This document shows positions 34,501 through 43,063 of a stretch of DNA of 64,000 nt, piece after piece. A model generated the notes under the pieces. It worked only from the letters and a program-made list of their open reading frames with translations, was not told where the DNA came from and ran no database searches. Where the stretch lies: contig NMRA01000345.1 in the NCBI GenBank assembly GCA_002633005.1, forward strand, positions 186,001 through 250,000, given 5' to 3'. Within the stretch, counting starts at the first letter, position 1. Each line of letters opens with the position of its first letter. The stretch is from Phoronis australis (lineage: Eukaryota > Animalia > Phoronida). The translations under genes and the position numbers were made by a program.

Positions 34501-36201
34501 AGCAACAAAGTTTGTTCTGAAATTCAGTTTGGAGGTACCAAAATACTAAAAAGTTTTAACGAAATGAAACTAGTTCCGATTATTTGTTGTGGCATGTGCG
34601 CAACCTTGTTGGAGAAGAATCGTTGACTGAAGAATCAGTAAAAAAAGAAAATGGCCAATAAGTGACACTATATTTCATGATGCATTACATCGGACCACAA
34701 CTTTAGCAGCAGAATAACATTTTTGTCCGATTTTATTTGATCAGGTTTTATGACATCGAGGCAAATTTGTACTCCTAGCATACAGCTTTGCACCCAGGCT
34801 AGCGGCACTGCCGCCAGCACCACTGGTCATTATTACAGCTCCTGATTTTGAGAACAATGCAATCACTGAATAACAGGCCTAAATTCAATGCAGTGGACAA
34901 GACTGGTTCCCTGAGTCAGGGACACTTCACACATGTATTCGACAAGTGGCAGTGCATGGCAAGTTCTCGTATAGGCAATGACCATCGCCTCTGTTGGCCC
35001 GAAGCAGAGGCGATGTAGAGGCTATAGGCGCTCTGTACGCCGGAAGCTTTTCGGCGAATTATGCCTCGCACCGACTAAACCATCAAAGTCACGTTGTTAC
35101 AAATACCTTTTGCGCATAGAGGAACACCTTAGGAGGTTGTCGATGTGTTTAATTCCTTCCAACTCGAACAAATACTCCCGTTATGAAACTTTTTCCTCGA
35201 GCAGTCCCTATTTCAGTTCCCAAAATCGTGAACTCAACTTTTTCATTTTTTTAACAAGGCCGAAGGTCAGAAGTTGCGGACCTACCGGCGAACTTTGAAA
35301 GCTGAAATTCCCGCCCTTCGCGTACGTGCTGCCGGGAACCAGCCGTGCATTTGCCGTGTTGTTAAACATTAAAATGTCAAATATGTGCAAAAAGACTATT
35401 AAATGTCATATCAACAGCATTTGTTTTTATCAAATACAAACAATGATTCATTGAAATACAATCAGTTTCAAGTAACGCCAATTAAAGACAAGTATAAGTG
35501 GTGGCATTTTGGAAACGAACATTTGACTGCCAAGACCGCAATGGCTCACCTTTGGCCTATTTAAAGATTGAGGTCATGAATTGGAGCGTGCGCAGTATAA
35601 AAAAGTTGAGTTCACGATTTTGGGAACTGAAATAGGGACTGCTCGAAGAAAAAGTTTCATAACGGGAGTATTTGTTCGAGTTGGAAGGAATTAAACACAC
35701 CGACAACCTCCTAAGGTGTTCCTCTATGCGCAAAAGGTAGTTGTAACATCGTGACTTTGATGGTTTAGTCGGTGCGAGGCATAATTCGCCGAAAAGCTTC
35801 CGGCGTACAGAGCGCCTATAGCCTCTACATCGCCTCTGCTTCGGGCCAACAGAGGCGATGGTCATTGCCTAGTTCTCGTAGAGATTTGCGTTTTCTTGAG
35901 CAGACCTACGAACGCAGCCCAGGTAAAAATCTAGAATTACACTTGATCAGCAGGTGCATTTTACACCATACGACGCGAAAAGTTACTAGTACCAGCAATC
36001 ACATTAACACATACTTTCAGTTATTATTTCTAAGAGTAAAATTGCTCAGCAGTGGCCCTGACGTGCAACAGTAACAAAATATCAAAAAACGAGCGAAAAT
36101 TCAGACCGGAAATCTGCGCGCTTTACCTGGTTTCGACTGTAAGGTTTATCTTGGTTCCGACTTTTCTTAGCCTTTATCTTCCCACCAGCGTCGGAATCCA
36201 T
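7437..36201 (-). CDS. NUP153: Nuclear pore complex protein Nup153-like, complete 24-exon model, ~1761 aa
   Basis: Hallmark motifs in order: GGKIKAKK..KPY, SLLNRIKDSVKEVLSPSWL, SPFYPGKTTYGGA, TSSTAKRILETLEKMATPLADARKIP, GGKMKRE, GSVMDIL, RanBP2 fingers (W-x-C-x2-C-x3-N-x6-C-x2-C), FxFG and PAFG repeats, C-terminal RLIKKATRKLRR*. All 23 introns are GT-AG with consistent phases and the total CDS is 5286 nt. Confidence 0.95.
8166..8263 (-). CDS. NUP153: NUP153 exon 23
   Basis: ttacag|GTDSQGPNAGGFNFGSADAQPTFNFSAGPVQF AA|gtgagt. Confidence 0.9.
9669..9763 (-). CDS. NUP153: NUP153 exon 22
   Basis: tttcag|(A)STFNPNATSGFNFSAAANAPTPGVFNFNASQ|gtatgt. Confidence 0.9.
10408..10917. other. Near-identical duplicate of 11142-11652 ending at N 10918; probable second haplotype (assembly overlap)
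   Basis: Same intron and exon-21 3' half with scattered SNPs/indels; no acceptor; terminates at the gap. Confidence 0.8.
10919..11141. mobile_element. One end of a PIF/Harbinger-like MITE, present in only one of the two duplicate copies
   Basis: Ends ...ATTTTACTGGAACAGCCC|TTA; related end ...ATTTTGCTGGAAGAGCCC|TTA at ~46076-46096. Confidence 0.5.
11375..11938 (-). CDS. NUP153: NUP153 exon 21 (PAFG repeat exon)
   Basis: ttgcag|(Q)SGGIQASVPAFG...16 FG nonamers...GGFSFGSS...PSTNT G|gtaagg. Confidence 0.93.
12231..12380 (-). CDS. NUP153: NUP153 exon 20
   Basis: ttccag|(G)STNSPFNGPSAVSQTPTFGS...PATFSFGSQ C|gtacgt. Confidence 0.88.
13230..13274 (-). CDS. NUP153: NUP153 exon 19 (45-nt micro-exon)
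   Basis: tttcag|(D)SEPQAKKSANTFGT G|gtagga; phase 1-1. Confidence 0.78.
13675..13830 (-). CDS. NUP153: NUP153 exon 18
   Basis: ttctag|(G)PFSSLPSDQPKPASTATFNFGKTP...ATKRSLDR G|gtaaaa. Confidence 0.87.
14325..15536 (-). CDS. NUP153: NUP153 exon 17 (large FxFG/FxFK exon, 1212 nt)
   Basis: Overlaps the 398-aa ORF 14278-15474; FSFG, FQFKG, FVFG, FAFG, FNFG, FTFG motifs; acceptor tcacag, donor gtacac. Confidence 0.93.
16556..16652 (-). CDS. NUP153: NUP153 exon 16 (RanBP2 finger)
   Basis: ctgtag|TKKSSEPWECITCAVNNKGQVIRCAACETPRP G|gtaggt. Confidence 0.92.
17836..17959. repeat. Perfect 18-bp minisatellite (GCCATGGTCTCCTCAATG) x ~7, in NUP153 intron 15
   Basis: Six exact units plus a 16-bp seventh; produces the spurious RRPWPL/MAMVSS ORFs. 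Confidence 0.97.
18473..18625 (-). CDS. NUP153: NUP153 exon 15 (degenerate RanBP2 finger)
   Basis: gtgtag|LPGEWHCGSCLIFQKPDTDSCVASQSNKPGAPITGGFKPNLGGQGLLFSSQ|gtaatt. Confidence 0.85.
19091..19387 (-). CDS. NUP153: NUP153 exon 14 (two RanBP2 fingers)
   Basis: PVGSWDCETCLITNKPEAANCAAC...GSWECDMCMIRNKPDVITCAAC...GQEK|gtgaga. Confidence 0.93.
19745..20115 (-). CDS. NUP153: NUP153 exon 13 (one intact RanBP2 finger plus a half finger)
   Basis: tttcag|(D)KTKSSGFLFG...GSWECDTCMIRNKPNASSCAACQSSKP...FVQVK|gtgagg. Confidence 0.9.
20797..21256. other. 460-bp near-identical duplicate of 21258-21717 across N 21257; probable uncollapsed allele
   Basis: Only a few intronic substitutions (e.g. CAATTT/CGATTT, GCAAGT/GCATGT); the copy lacks the exon-12 acceptor. 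Confidence 0.85.
21453..21735 (-). CDS. NUP153: NUP153 exon 12
   Basis: ccccag|EFKFTSPVDV...ELKAGSVMDILGK...ELVTGSVMDVLKK...KVE G|gtaagc. Confidence 0.92.
21781..22014 (-). mobile_element. tRNA-derived SINE, copy 1 (NUP153 intron 11)
   Basis: A box TGGCCTAGTGG, B box GGTTCAAGTCC; LINE-like 3' tail; T-rich end; 9-bp TSD AATCACATG (21772-21780, 22015-22023). Confidence 0.88.
22765..23022 (-). CDS. NUP153: NUP153 exon 11
   Basis: VEAPDLPTGVTLPINSMSGFNF...FLFSSPIKK...SHQ|gtatgg. Confidence 0.9.
23850..23931 (-). CDS. NUP153: NUP153 exon 10
   Basis: (G)VTAKSGGKMKREKTQHYSVRKMEDEDM. Confidence 0.9.
24378..24535 (-). CDS. NUP153: NUP153 exon 9
   Basis: gtccag|SMVASGPPVSRRTTPRPASV...NSSA GG|gtaagg. 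Confidence 0.85.
25416..25478 (-). CDS. NUP153: NUP153 exon 8
   Basis: tttcag|PSSYNRRPAYLRQSASRTPSE|gtaggc; phase 0-0. Confidence 0.75.
26304..26363 (-). CDS. NUP153: NUP153 exon 7
   Basis: caacag|DARKIPSNQSSLEDSVLQFT|gtgagt. Confidence 0.9.
26418..26444. repeat. (CAAC)n microsatellite
   Basis: CAACCAACCAACCAACCAACCAACAAC. Confidence 0.9.
26562..26687 (-). CDS. NUP153: NUP153 exon 6
   Basis: SSPARRQVKVKQLTTSSESSATTSSTAKRILETLEKMATPLA. Confidence 0.95.
26892..27014 (-). CDS. NUP153: NUP153 exon 5
   Basis: VDRSSQVGSDYKQSPFYPGKTTYGGASSLRRSRLGAAAPYQ. Confidence 0.95.
27231..27473 (+). mobile_element. tRNA-derived SINE, copy 2 (NUP153 intron 4)
   Basis: A box-like TGGCCTGGTTG, B box GGTTCGAGTCC; same body and tail as 21781-22014; 13-bp TSD AATGACGACTTGT (27218-27230, 27474-27486). 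Confidence 0.9.
27806..27939 (-). CDS. NUP153: NUP153 exon 4
   Basis: tttcag|(V)SNSSQLLDKSRTLWSDE...RPSFTVSSFATSSI|gtaagt. Confidence 0.88.
28392..28580 (-). CDS. NUP153: NUP153 exon 3 (alternative same-phase donor would end it at 28386)
   Basis: ttgcag|(G)DDNVSESSDVSNS...RNMSK; phase 1-1. Confidence 0.8.
28732..29240 (+). mobile_element. hAT-like MITE, full-length 509 bp (NUP153 intron 2)
   Basis: TIR CAGGGCTTGGAAT / ATTCCAAGCCCTG; flanking direct repeat AAATCC; second copy at 1-361; related end at ~32229. Confidence 0.85.
29929..30331 (-). CDS. NUP153: NUP153 exon 2
   Basis: tttcag|SLLNRIKDSVKEVLSPSWLIDIV...PIEN G|gtgagt. Confidence 0.92.
31124..31694. mobile_element. hAT-like MITE
   Basis: TIR CAGTGCTCGA / TCGAGCATTG; flanking direct repeat GAGAT; subterminal GTGGTCGCATTGGCAAC repeats. 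Confidence 0.65.
32310..32406. repeat. 20-bp tandem repeat (CGCGTCCTGTTTAAAAATCC-like) x4-5
   Basis: Direct reading of the units. Confidence 0.85.
32977..34500. mobile_element. hAT-like non-autonomous element (contains two N gaps)
   Basis: TIR CAGGGCTCGAC / GTCGAGCCCTG; subterminal GTCGCAAAATGCGAC and TGCGAGCT motifs at both ends; no clean TSD. Confidence 0.6.
34972..35871. mobile_element. Foldback/Mutator-like MITE, 900 bp, ~275-bp near-perfect TIRs (NUP153 intron 1)
   Basis: 34972-35245 is the reverse complement of 35598-35871 with few mismatches; 9-bp TSD GTTCTCGTA (34963-34971, 35872-35880). Confidence 0.92.
36127..36201 (-). CDS. NUP153: NUP153 exon 1
   Basis: MDSDAGGKIKAKKSRNQDKPYSRNQ|gtaaag. 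Confidence 0.9.
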
Positions 36202-36360
36202 GATTAAATATACAATTACTTATGTCAAGCCAAAATGCACGGTGTGTTTCAAAATAAAGTAAAAACTACACCATTCTGAAATCACGTTTATGCTGAAAAG
36301 ATGGCGGTTTCTTCGCAATTGTTGATTGGTTAAAAATGTATAGCACGTGACTTCATTGTC
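36202..36360 (-). promoter_or_regulatory. NUP153 5' UTR/proximal promoter
   Basis: YY1-type CCGCCATCTT (36298-36307), CCAAT box (36324-36329) and E-box CACGTG (36344-36349) within 150 bp of the ATG. Confidence 0.55.
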
Positions 36361-37241
36361 AGCAGTACACTCTCTAGGACGTTTTCGGAATTAAATTCAT
36401 TACAGCAAAGACATGTCGTGCAGACAAGCGGTTTATTCGATTTTTTTTCAAAAGCAAGCAGATTAGTTATAGAGAAACGTTCGCCCTAACCTCATTCCAA
36501 CAGTACAGGCTTCGTGAATTAATCATTAGAACCCACATGTAACTTGTGTGACTGTGAACATAGGCGGATTTAGGGGGGGGGGCAGGGGCCCGGCCCCCCC
36601 CTTGGCTGCCGCAAAAAATAATACAGTAAGAGCGTAGGGAAATGGTGATTTTATTAATTAACCCCGGTAATTAAAATTATACGGATGAAAAAAGATTTAA
36701 ATGTGTGCAGTTTTAGTGTTGGGGGGGGCTCAAATCCAATTTCAAGTGTCAAATTCGGAACACGGCGCATCCGTAACGGAGCTATGGCTAAGTATAGGCT
36801 CTCCCGCGATATCCCAGGCGACCGGCAGTGGCGCTGCGCACTACGACTCCGTTTCCGTCGTCTGCTCCACTGTGCAATGAAGAAAATTTACTTCATTTTT
36901 AAAGAAAATGGAATCTGAGTGACGATGAAAAAACAGAAGCTGCTGGCAAGTTGTGAATTTTAATCGAAGCCTTAGTGAATCACTCAGAATGGCGCAATAC
37001 TCTCTTTGTCAAACCTTATCATAAGACGATTTCCAAAGCAATCCCGTCATTATTGCCAACACGAAAAACTGGATTTGGTCTTTTGGGCATTTGAAGACTA
37101 TTTCAAATACGACAAATTTGTTAAGAATTGATGGCACAAAATATAAAACGTGTAATACGCATTACAAAAAGAATTAGGTTTCGCGCGCAAACGCTGTGGA
37201 CCATAAAGAAGTAGGTCTTTTAGTATAAGATTAGTAGTTAA

Positions 37242-40200
37242 GAGGCAGTCCATATAAAAACCAGTAGATTTTCAAAAATCAGTCTATACGTCAAAATTTA
37301 AAACAACTTCATTTTTTGTACATGGGTAGGTATCCTAACAAAAACCCAAATGCCAAATTTTGTGCACTCAATGACCCCTAATTTCGCCGCTGGAGCATGA
37401 TAACACAAATTGGCACAATTGGGCATATTAGCCGTCTCAAAAATCGCATGTTTTCAGCAACAAAAGTGAATAACATACAAAATAGATCAAAAGCTATATT
37501 TTGGTGGCTGAAATAACCAACGTATGCTGTGCATAATTCTGTGTCATTTATTAAAGTTTTGTGCTAGACAGGGGAGATAATCCACAGACCACTTTTTGGG
37601 GCTAATTTTAGTGGCCATTTTTGTGACCTTCTTACTGCCATAAAACACCTTGTAGACTTATGTGACGTTTTGAACATACAGTTAAAGAGTTAGTCTTGAT
37701 GACTAAGCAATAAAAAATCTTGCCTCAACTATGCATTTAAGTAAAAATTGTCTTGCAAAACTGTCTATTTTCATAGTTTGGAAATGACGAGCAGAGTTTA
37801 CAGACCGGCCATTTGAACAAACTTTTAGGCAAGAAGTCTGCTTTAAATAGTTATAGAAACCAAGTCTAAACTCTTTCAAATGAAAACAAGATGTTTTCCG
37901 GGTTTATTACGCGGCTAGTATCAAAACTGAACCCGATGACCTTTGCCCACTGAGGGATTCAGTTGAGGTTAAGCATGAGCATATATAAAAAATGTACGTG
38001 TAACCCCGGCTCTTGTATTCTTTCATTTCTTTTACATTATCAAGTTAATTTAAACACTCTGTAGAACTTTTAAATGGAAATAAATGCCTTTAAGATTAAA
38101 GGAGTAAGAATTGATATTTGTAATGACTGGTTTTGAGAGAAGCAGGTGCATTTTAAAAAGACAAAATGGCGGACGATGGGTCTTCATGTTCCTTTAGAGT
38201 TTATTCTGCATAAAATCCGATCACAAAAGCTTTGTGCTTTAACGAGTTATGTCAAAGACACCACTGAACATTTGAGATACAGGAAAGTACCTCACAAAAC
38301 AAGGCCTGTGCCAGAGCCTACGGACTCGTGCTACCCAGAGTCGGTGAATTTCTGACTGAACAGGACCCGAGTCATGGAAGAGTCAGGTAATGCTGGATGT
38401 TACCACTCTGCTTCTCTCCTCCTGAACGTAACAGCCTTGTCAAATTCTACCGGCATTTCTGTTTCGAGATATGACTTAAGTGAAAGTCGGAATGGAAAAG
38501 ATCTCTGTGATCGCCATCGCTCCACTCAAACAACATGCAAAGTACTTTGTAGCCGAAGGTAACAATATCATAAACTTTCTGGATTTGAAAGAAGCATTAC
38601 TTTCCAGTGGCCGTGTGAGGGGATGTTATGTGTATGCATGTTCAGTCGATGCAACAAAGTCTTTTCCAAAATACTCAGTTCCTGGTATAAGCACATTCCC
38701 AAATTCCCACTATTCCACCCAAGGAATTCGCGTGTGGAAATCATTCCATGTAGGTGACGGTAAGTCGTCTTACAAATACTGAGAAAATGGGAAACCTATT
38801 TCTCTAAAATACACTAACATCTCTAGACATGGCGGATTTTCAACACCAGGAGTTAAGGTTGGCATTGTATCTAGTGAAGAGCCTCAACAAAAGTTCCCTT
38901 GTACCCAGCAAGGTTACTCGAAATTTTTGCTACAGACGCAGAACTAGGTCAGCATTTGGATGTGGGTAACCACTCTGAAATTTTACAGAGGGAAACCACG
39001 TATGACCACATCGCACGAAAGCGGTCAGAAATGCTCTCAGATGCAAGAACCGGAGCGTCATTTGAGGCAGCCTCAGAGTACAGTGTGGATGAGACGAATG
39101 CTGAAGCAATAGGTTAGGCTTGAAAAAAGGTAAAATGGCAACAAGATTTTCAGCAAAGGTTAAGAACTTTCTGACGAACATATTCGATGAAGGAGATAAG
39201 TCAGGTAAAAACGTTCATCCTCGGAAGTGCCAAAATGGAGAAAACATTACGAGAACCCACTGTGAAAGTGTTTACCTGTGATGTTAAGCGAATCGCAGAT
39301 TGGTGGATTTTTTCGAGGTTGTCTGCAGCAATGTTTCTGCTGAAGATGCTGTTATGTCGTCAGATTTACTGAATGAAGTGGTAAATGAGCTCAATTAACG
39401 TTTAGCCTAGTTTTGTAGCATACCACGATGTGTGATATATGAAGTCGAGACCGTTTCTTCTGTTTACTTCATGTCTGTCATGAATGAGTCATTAATAAAA
39501 TTGTCTCTCGTGAATTATTTTCTATTGACTGTGAATGTGTACCTTTTTATACCACTGATGATCACACTGGCAGAAATATTCAGCGTTAAGGTGCCCAATG
39601 TGTGGGGGGAACACCAGATTTTTGGCGACTGGTGGCGACTAAAATTTGTAGCAACCAGCAGGGACATTACAATATGAACCCAAAGTTACAATGTCTATTG
39701 ACAAGTTGAAGGATTTTTTGCATTGAACACTAGGGGGCCATATCCACCTTGGGTGCCTTCCTTTGCCTGTGGCACGAACAAGGCAGATAGAAAACAAGGC
39801 AAGGGTGAGTTCAGTAACACTAGAACCTCTCTAAAATCTATCCAAAACCACGTGTTCTCATTTAAAATGCAGGGCAATATCTCGCGAAGTCATGAATTAT
39901 AGCAAGGTCCTAGTGTTACTGCTCAGATGCGCTTCAGTCTCCTCGTAAACAAAAGCAGCGCCATCTATCATTTATAAGCACGCTTGCCAGTTGATTTACG
40001 TACATATTTTTTGTAATAAGCAATAATCATCAATGCCGTTTTCAGAGAATGGTAATTAATAATGCTGTCTGCCTTTTCTCCAAAATACAAGGTTTTTATG
40101 TCGTGTTTCGCAAGCTAATTATATGTTCCAAGAGCCCCCTATTGGCAGCAGAGGCAACTGAGAACATGCAAAAGGACGCAGTGCAGTTCGTGTAATGCTT

Positions 40201-40708
40201 CGTACGCAAAAACTACATTAGAGGCAAGATTTTTTATTTTAGATTATGAACAGTTTAGGAATGACTGAACAAATTATTATAAAGTCAATTTCAGGAAAGG
40301 TGCGTTATGGCTGCTACAGAGTGACAAATTTGGCCGAAAATGGCTTCAGTGAAAACCTGAAAAATAGCCGTTTTTGCCTCACAAATTCAAAACGTACAAA
40401 TTTAAAAATGGATTTTGAAAGTTATGCCATTAAATTATTCAGCCATTGGCCTTTCCATTCGTATTATTCACTTGTTTTGACCTTACCACACATGCTAGTA
40501 AAATGCATTCAAACATGCCTACTTCGACGCCCAATTTTGTTGCAAAATGGAGGTACGTACAGGTCATAAAAAGAAAAATAATGAATGAAAATTCTTAAAA
40601 AGTGAGGTTTTTCTACATCTCAACAAACCAAACTCATGTGCTAAGTTTCAAAAAAATCGGTGATTTTGGGTATAGACTCTACCTGTTGGTTTTTATATGG
40701 AGACACTC
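37242..40708 (+). mobile_element. Decayed Sola3-like DNA transposon, 3467 bp
   Basis: TTAA|GAG...CTC|TTAA; TIR GAGGCAGTCCATATAAAAACCA vs GAGTGTCTCCATATAAAAACCA; patchy inverted similarity extending ~500 bp inward; transposase remnant inside. Confidence 0.75.
38374..39240 (+). pseudogene. Frameshifted transposase remnant (Sola3-type DDD)
   Basis: S(G)NAGCYHS...RYDLSESRNGKDLCDR, IPGIS-like SVPGISTF, GIRVWKSFHVGDGK, HLDVGNH, RFSAKVKNFLTNIFDEGDKSGK; multiple stops and frameshifts. Confidence 0.7.
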
Positions 40709-40712
40709 TTAA

Positions 40713-40772
40713 GTCGTGGTGGTGTAGTGGTAACGCACACGCGCTCTATCAGCTAGGTCGTGAGTTCGAGTC
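40713..40772 (+). other. tRNA-like Pol III head (SINE head fragment or tRNA pseudogene)
   Basis: A box TGGTGTAGTGG and B box GAGTTCGAGTC at tRNA spacing; no acceptor-stem 3' half. Confidence 0.55.
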
Positions 40773-40929
40773 TTTAGTATATCCAGTTTTTCCTGTTTGA
40801 CACGTTCTCCGTTTTTTGGTTTTTTTTGCCTTTTTTCTTGGATAATACTTCAGGAATGAAGGAAAATGCTTGATTTTTAGAGGTAAAAACAGAAAAATTT
40901 CCTGGGCGGGAGGGGGGTTTGCCGACCTC

Positions 40930-41543
40930 CCCCCATTCGGTGCTATGCGCATCTACAATCGTTCAGTTTGCGCAAATGCTTACTAAATTTAGTAAAGTTC
41001 CTTCGAACACTTTAAGATACAGCCATAGGCGCAAAAAACTGCCACTAAGAGGCGCTACAATAGTCAAAATCGTCGGAAAATCATCGTCAGCCGTCCACTT
41101 CATAGTTAGAACATACGTGCCAAGTTTCACAATCATCCTTTGAGATCGAGGTTTGGTTAATAGAGGGGTGGACGCAAAAAAAACAGACTCCAAAACAGTA
41201 AAACTGGCCATTAGGTGGCGCAAACTATGTTGACTCCATCCGAAAACGATATAACAGCGTCATCTCACTAATAGGTGCCAATATACCAAATTTTATGAAA
41301 ATCCGTTCAGGACTTTTGAAGATACAGAGGTAAACGCAAAAAACTAAAATTGCCACTGGGGGGCACACCGGTAGTCGGATCCGTCCGAAAGTTCGCTCAT
41401 GCCGTCCCATCCACGGAAGGAACGCATGTGCAAAATTTCATGAAGATACGTCGAGGCGTTCTAGAGATAGAGCAGCGGACACCGGACGGAGATGACGGCA
41501 TAATGCATCCACATACAAATATAAATATGAGGGCGCATAAAAA
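40930..41543. mobile_element. Helentron/HINE-like element with ~150-165-bp internal tandem units
   Basis: Three to four diverged units (AAAACT..GCCACTAGGGGGCGC..TAGTCGGATCC..CCAAATTTCATGAA..GAGATA), GGACGGA microsatellite remnant, terminal hairpin followed by an A run. Confidence 0.55.
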
Positions 41544-41606
41544 TGACTACGTGCTATGACCTCGTGAACCTCCCCAATTTCGCAGCTTGCCATTTGCTAA
41601 AGAGGC

Positions 41607-42197
41607 TTGCTTGTTCCCTGCGTGCTTATCCCAGCCAGCACGCAGGTATCACGCAGTGGCACGCGCTTTAGCATTGGTCGATGTAACCTCGGCAGTCATT
41701 TGGTTAGCTTTACAACACCGTGAAAAAAATCATGGCGGACTGTGAACGATTTTTAGCCTTGTCATGCAAGTAGCGCGTCGCAGCAACTATTTCGTTTCTG
41801 CAGTAATGTTTAATAGCCGCGTGCTTGAAGCACATACATATACAATAAACACATATCTGGCCGATTTAACCGGTGTGTTATGAAAGCAGGACAGTATCGT
41901 AAACAAAAGACATCGACGGTAGAAAGATGCATTCCGAAAAGGCGCAATCATAATTTCTAGGCTTCACATTTTCTCAGTGAACATAAATTTTAAGCACCGA
42001 TTTGTCTGTACAACAGACCACATTTACACTTCAATCCATCAGTCATGCCTGTTTGTTTGCGTAAAGCGCTGCCCGTTGAGAATTCGACTAGCCAATCAGA
42101 AACGCCGGTGTAAAAAAATTTACCGAGGAAAATTAAGTGATTCCTGCGTGCTGGCGCGGCTACCGCCCCGCCTAGCGGCACGCAGGGAACCGACGAA
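41607..42197. mobile_element. MITE with 10-bp TSD
   Basis: Imperfect TIR core GTTCCCTGCGTGC / GCACGCAGGGAAC; TSD CTAAAGAGGC (41597-41606, 42198-42207); homologous segment at 59185-59392. Confidence 0.75.
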
Positions 42198-43063
42198 CTA
42201 AAGAGGCACCTCTTACCTGATAAATAACGTTATATTTGGAGAGCATAATTTTTTTAAAATACAACTTAAAATGACGGCATTTTTCAAATGTCCAATGCTT
42301 GAAGGCATACAAGAAAAATTAACTTGCCCTCCTGACATGGACACAGGATGAAAAATTGGGAGTTGCGGCCCACTGCCTATTCCAAAGAAGTTAGACAAAT
42401 GAAAGCAAAATTCAACATTCATTTAATAATTTGTATTTTTCATACAAAATACCAGGCATTCCATATAATGTGTAACAAATATGGGCAATGCATACTCATG
42501 GCAGGCACTGGCATCTGTGAGCCACCTACATAAAAGCAACATTGACAAATGAAGGGAAATAGCAGTATAAATATCCAGTACACTGAGTACAAGGATACAA
42601 GATTTAGCACAACCACCTTGGAACAGCAGAGCCACGTGGGTATTTGTTTACTACTTATCCGAGATCAAAGGTTACAGCACGGGCGGTCACTCAAACCGAG
42701 TCCCACCAGGTACAGAGCAGCTTCGTATCTACCCTCTGCCCTTTCATTCACCGAGTCGTCATAATATTGAGTCAACGAGGTCTACAGTGTCGAGGAAAAC
42801 AAAGACAAAACGTAGTTTTGATCCTGTTGTGCGTATACATGCACACGACCGTTGAGAACGAACCTGTGCCACGCCGGAGTCGCCTCACGCCTTTGTGGTC
42901 ACGAACACAGCAAGTTGAGAAAATACATAAACCCTCACCCTAATTCCTTGATTCTAGGAACTGGTTCCTAGCTTGATTCAATAAGTAAACTGACATTTCG
43001 ATCTCATGCTTACGACATACTTTAACCACCGACTCCATTTTTGTTATCCATTTCATTTAGATG

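Noticed and set aside
34978-35865. Pair of near-identical ~100-aa ORFs on opposite strands
   Set aside because: Product of the foldback element's inverted arms; no recognisable domain
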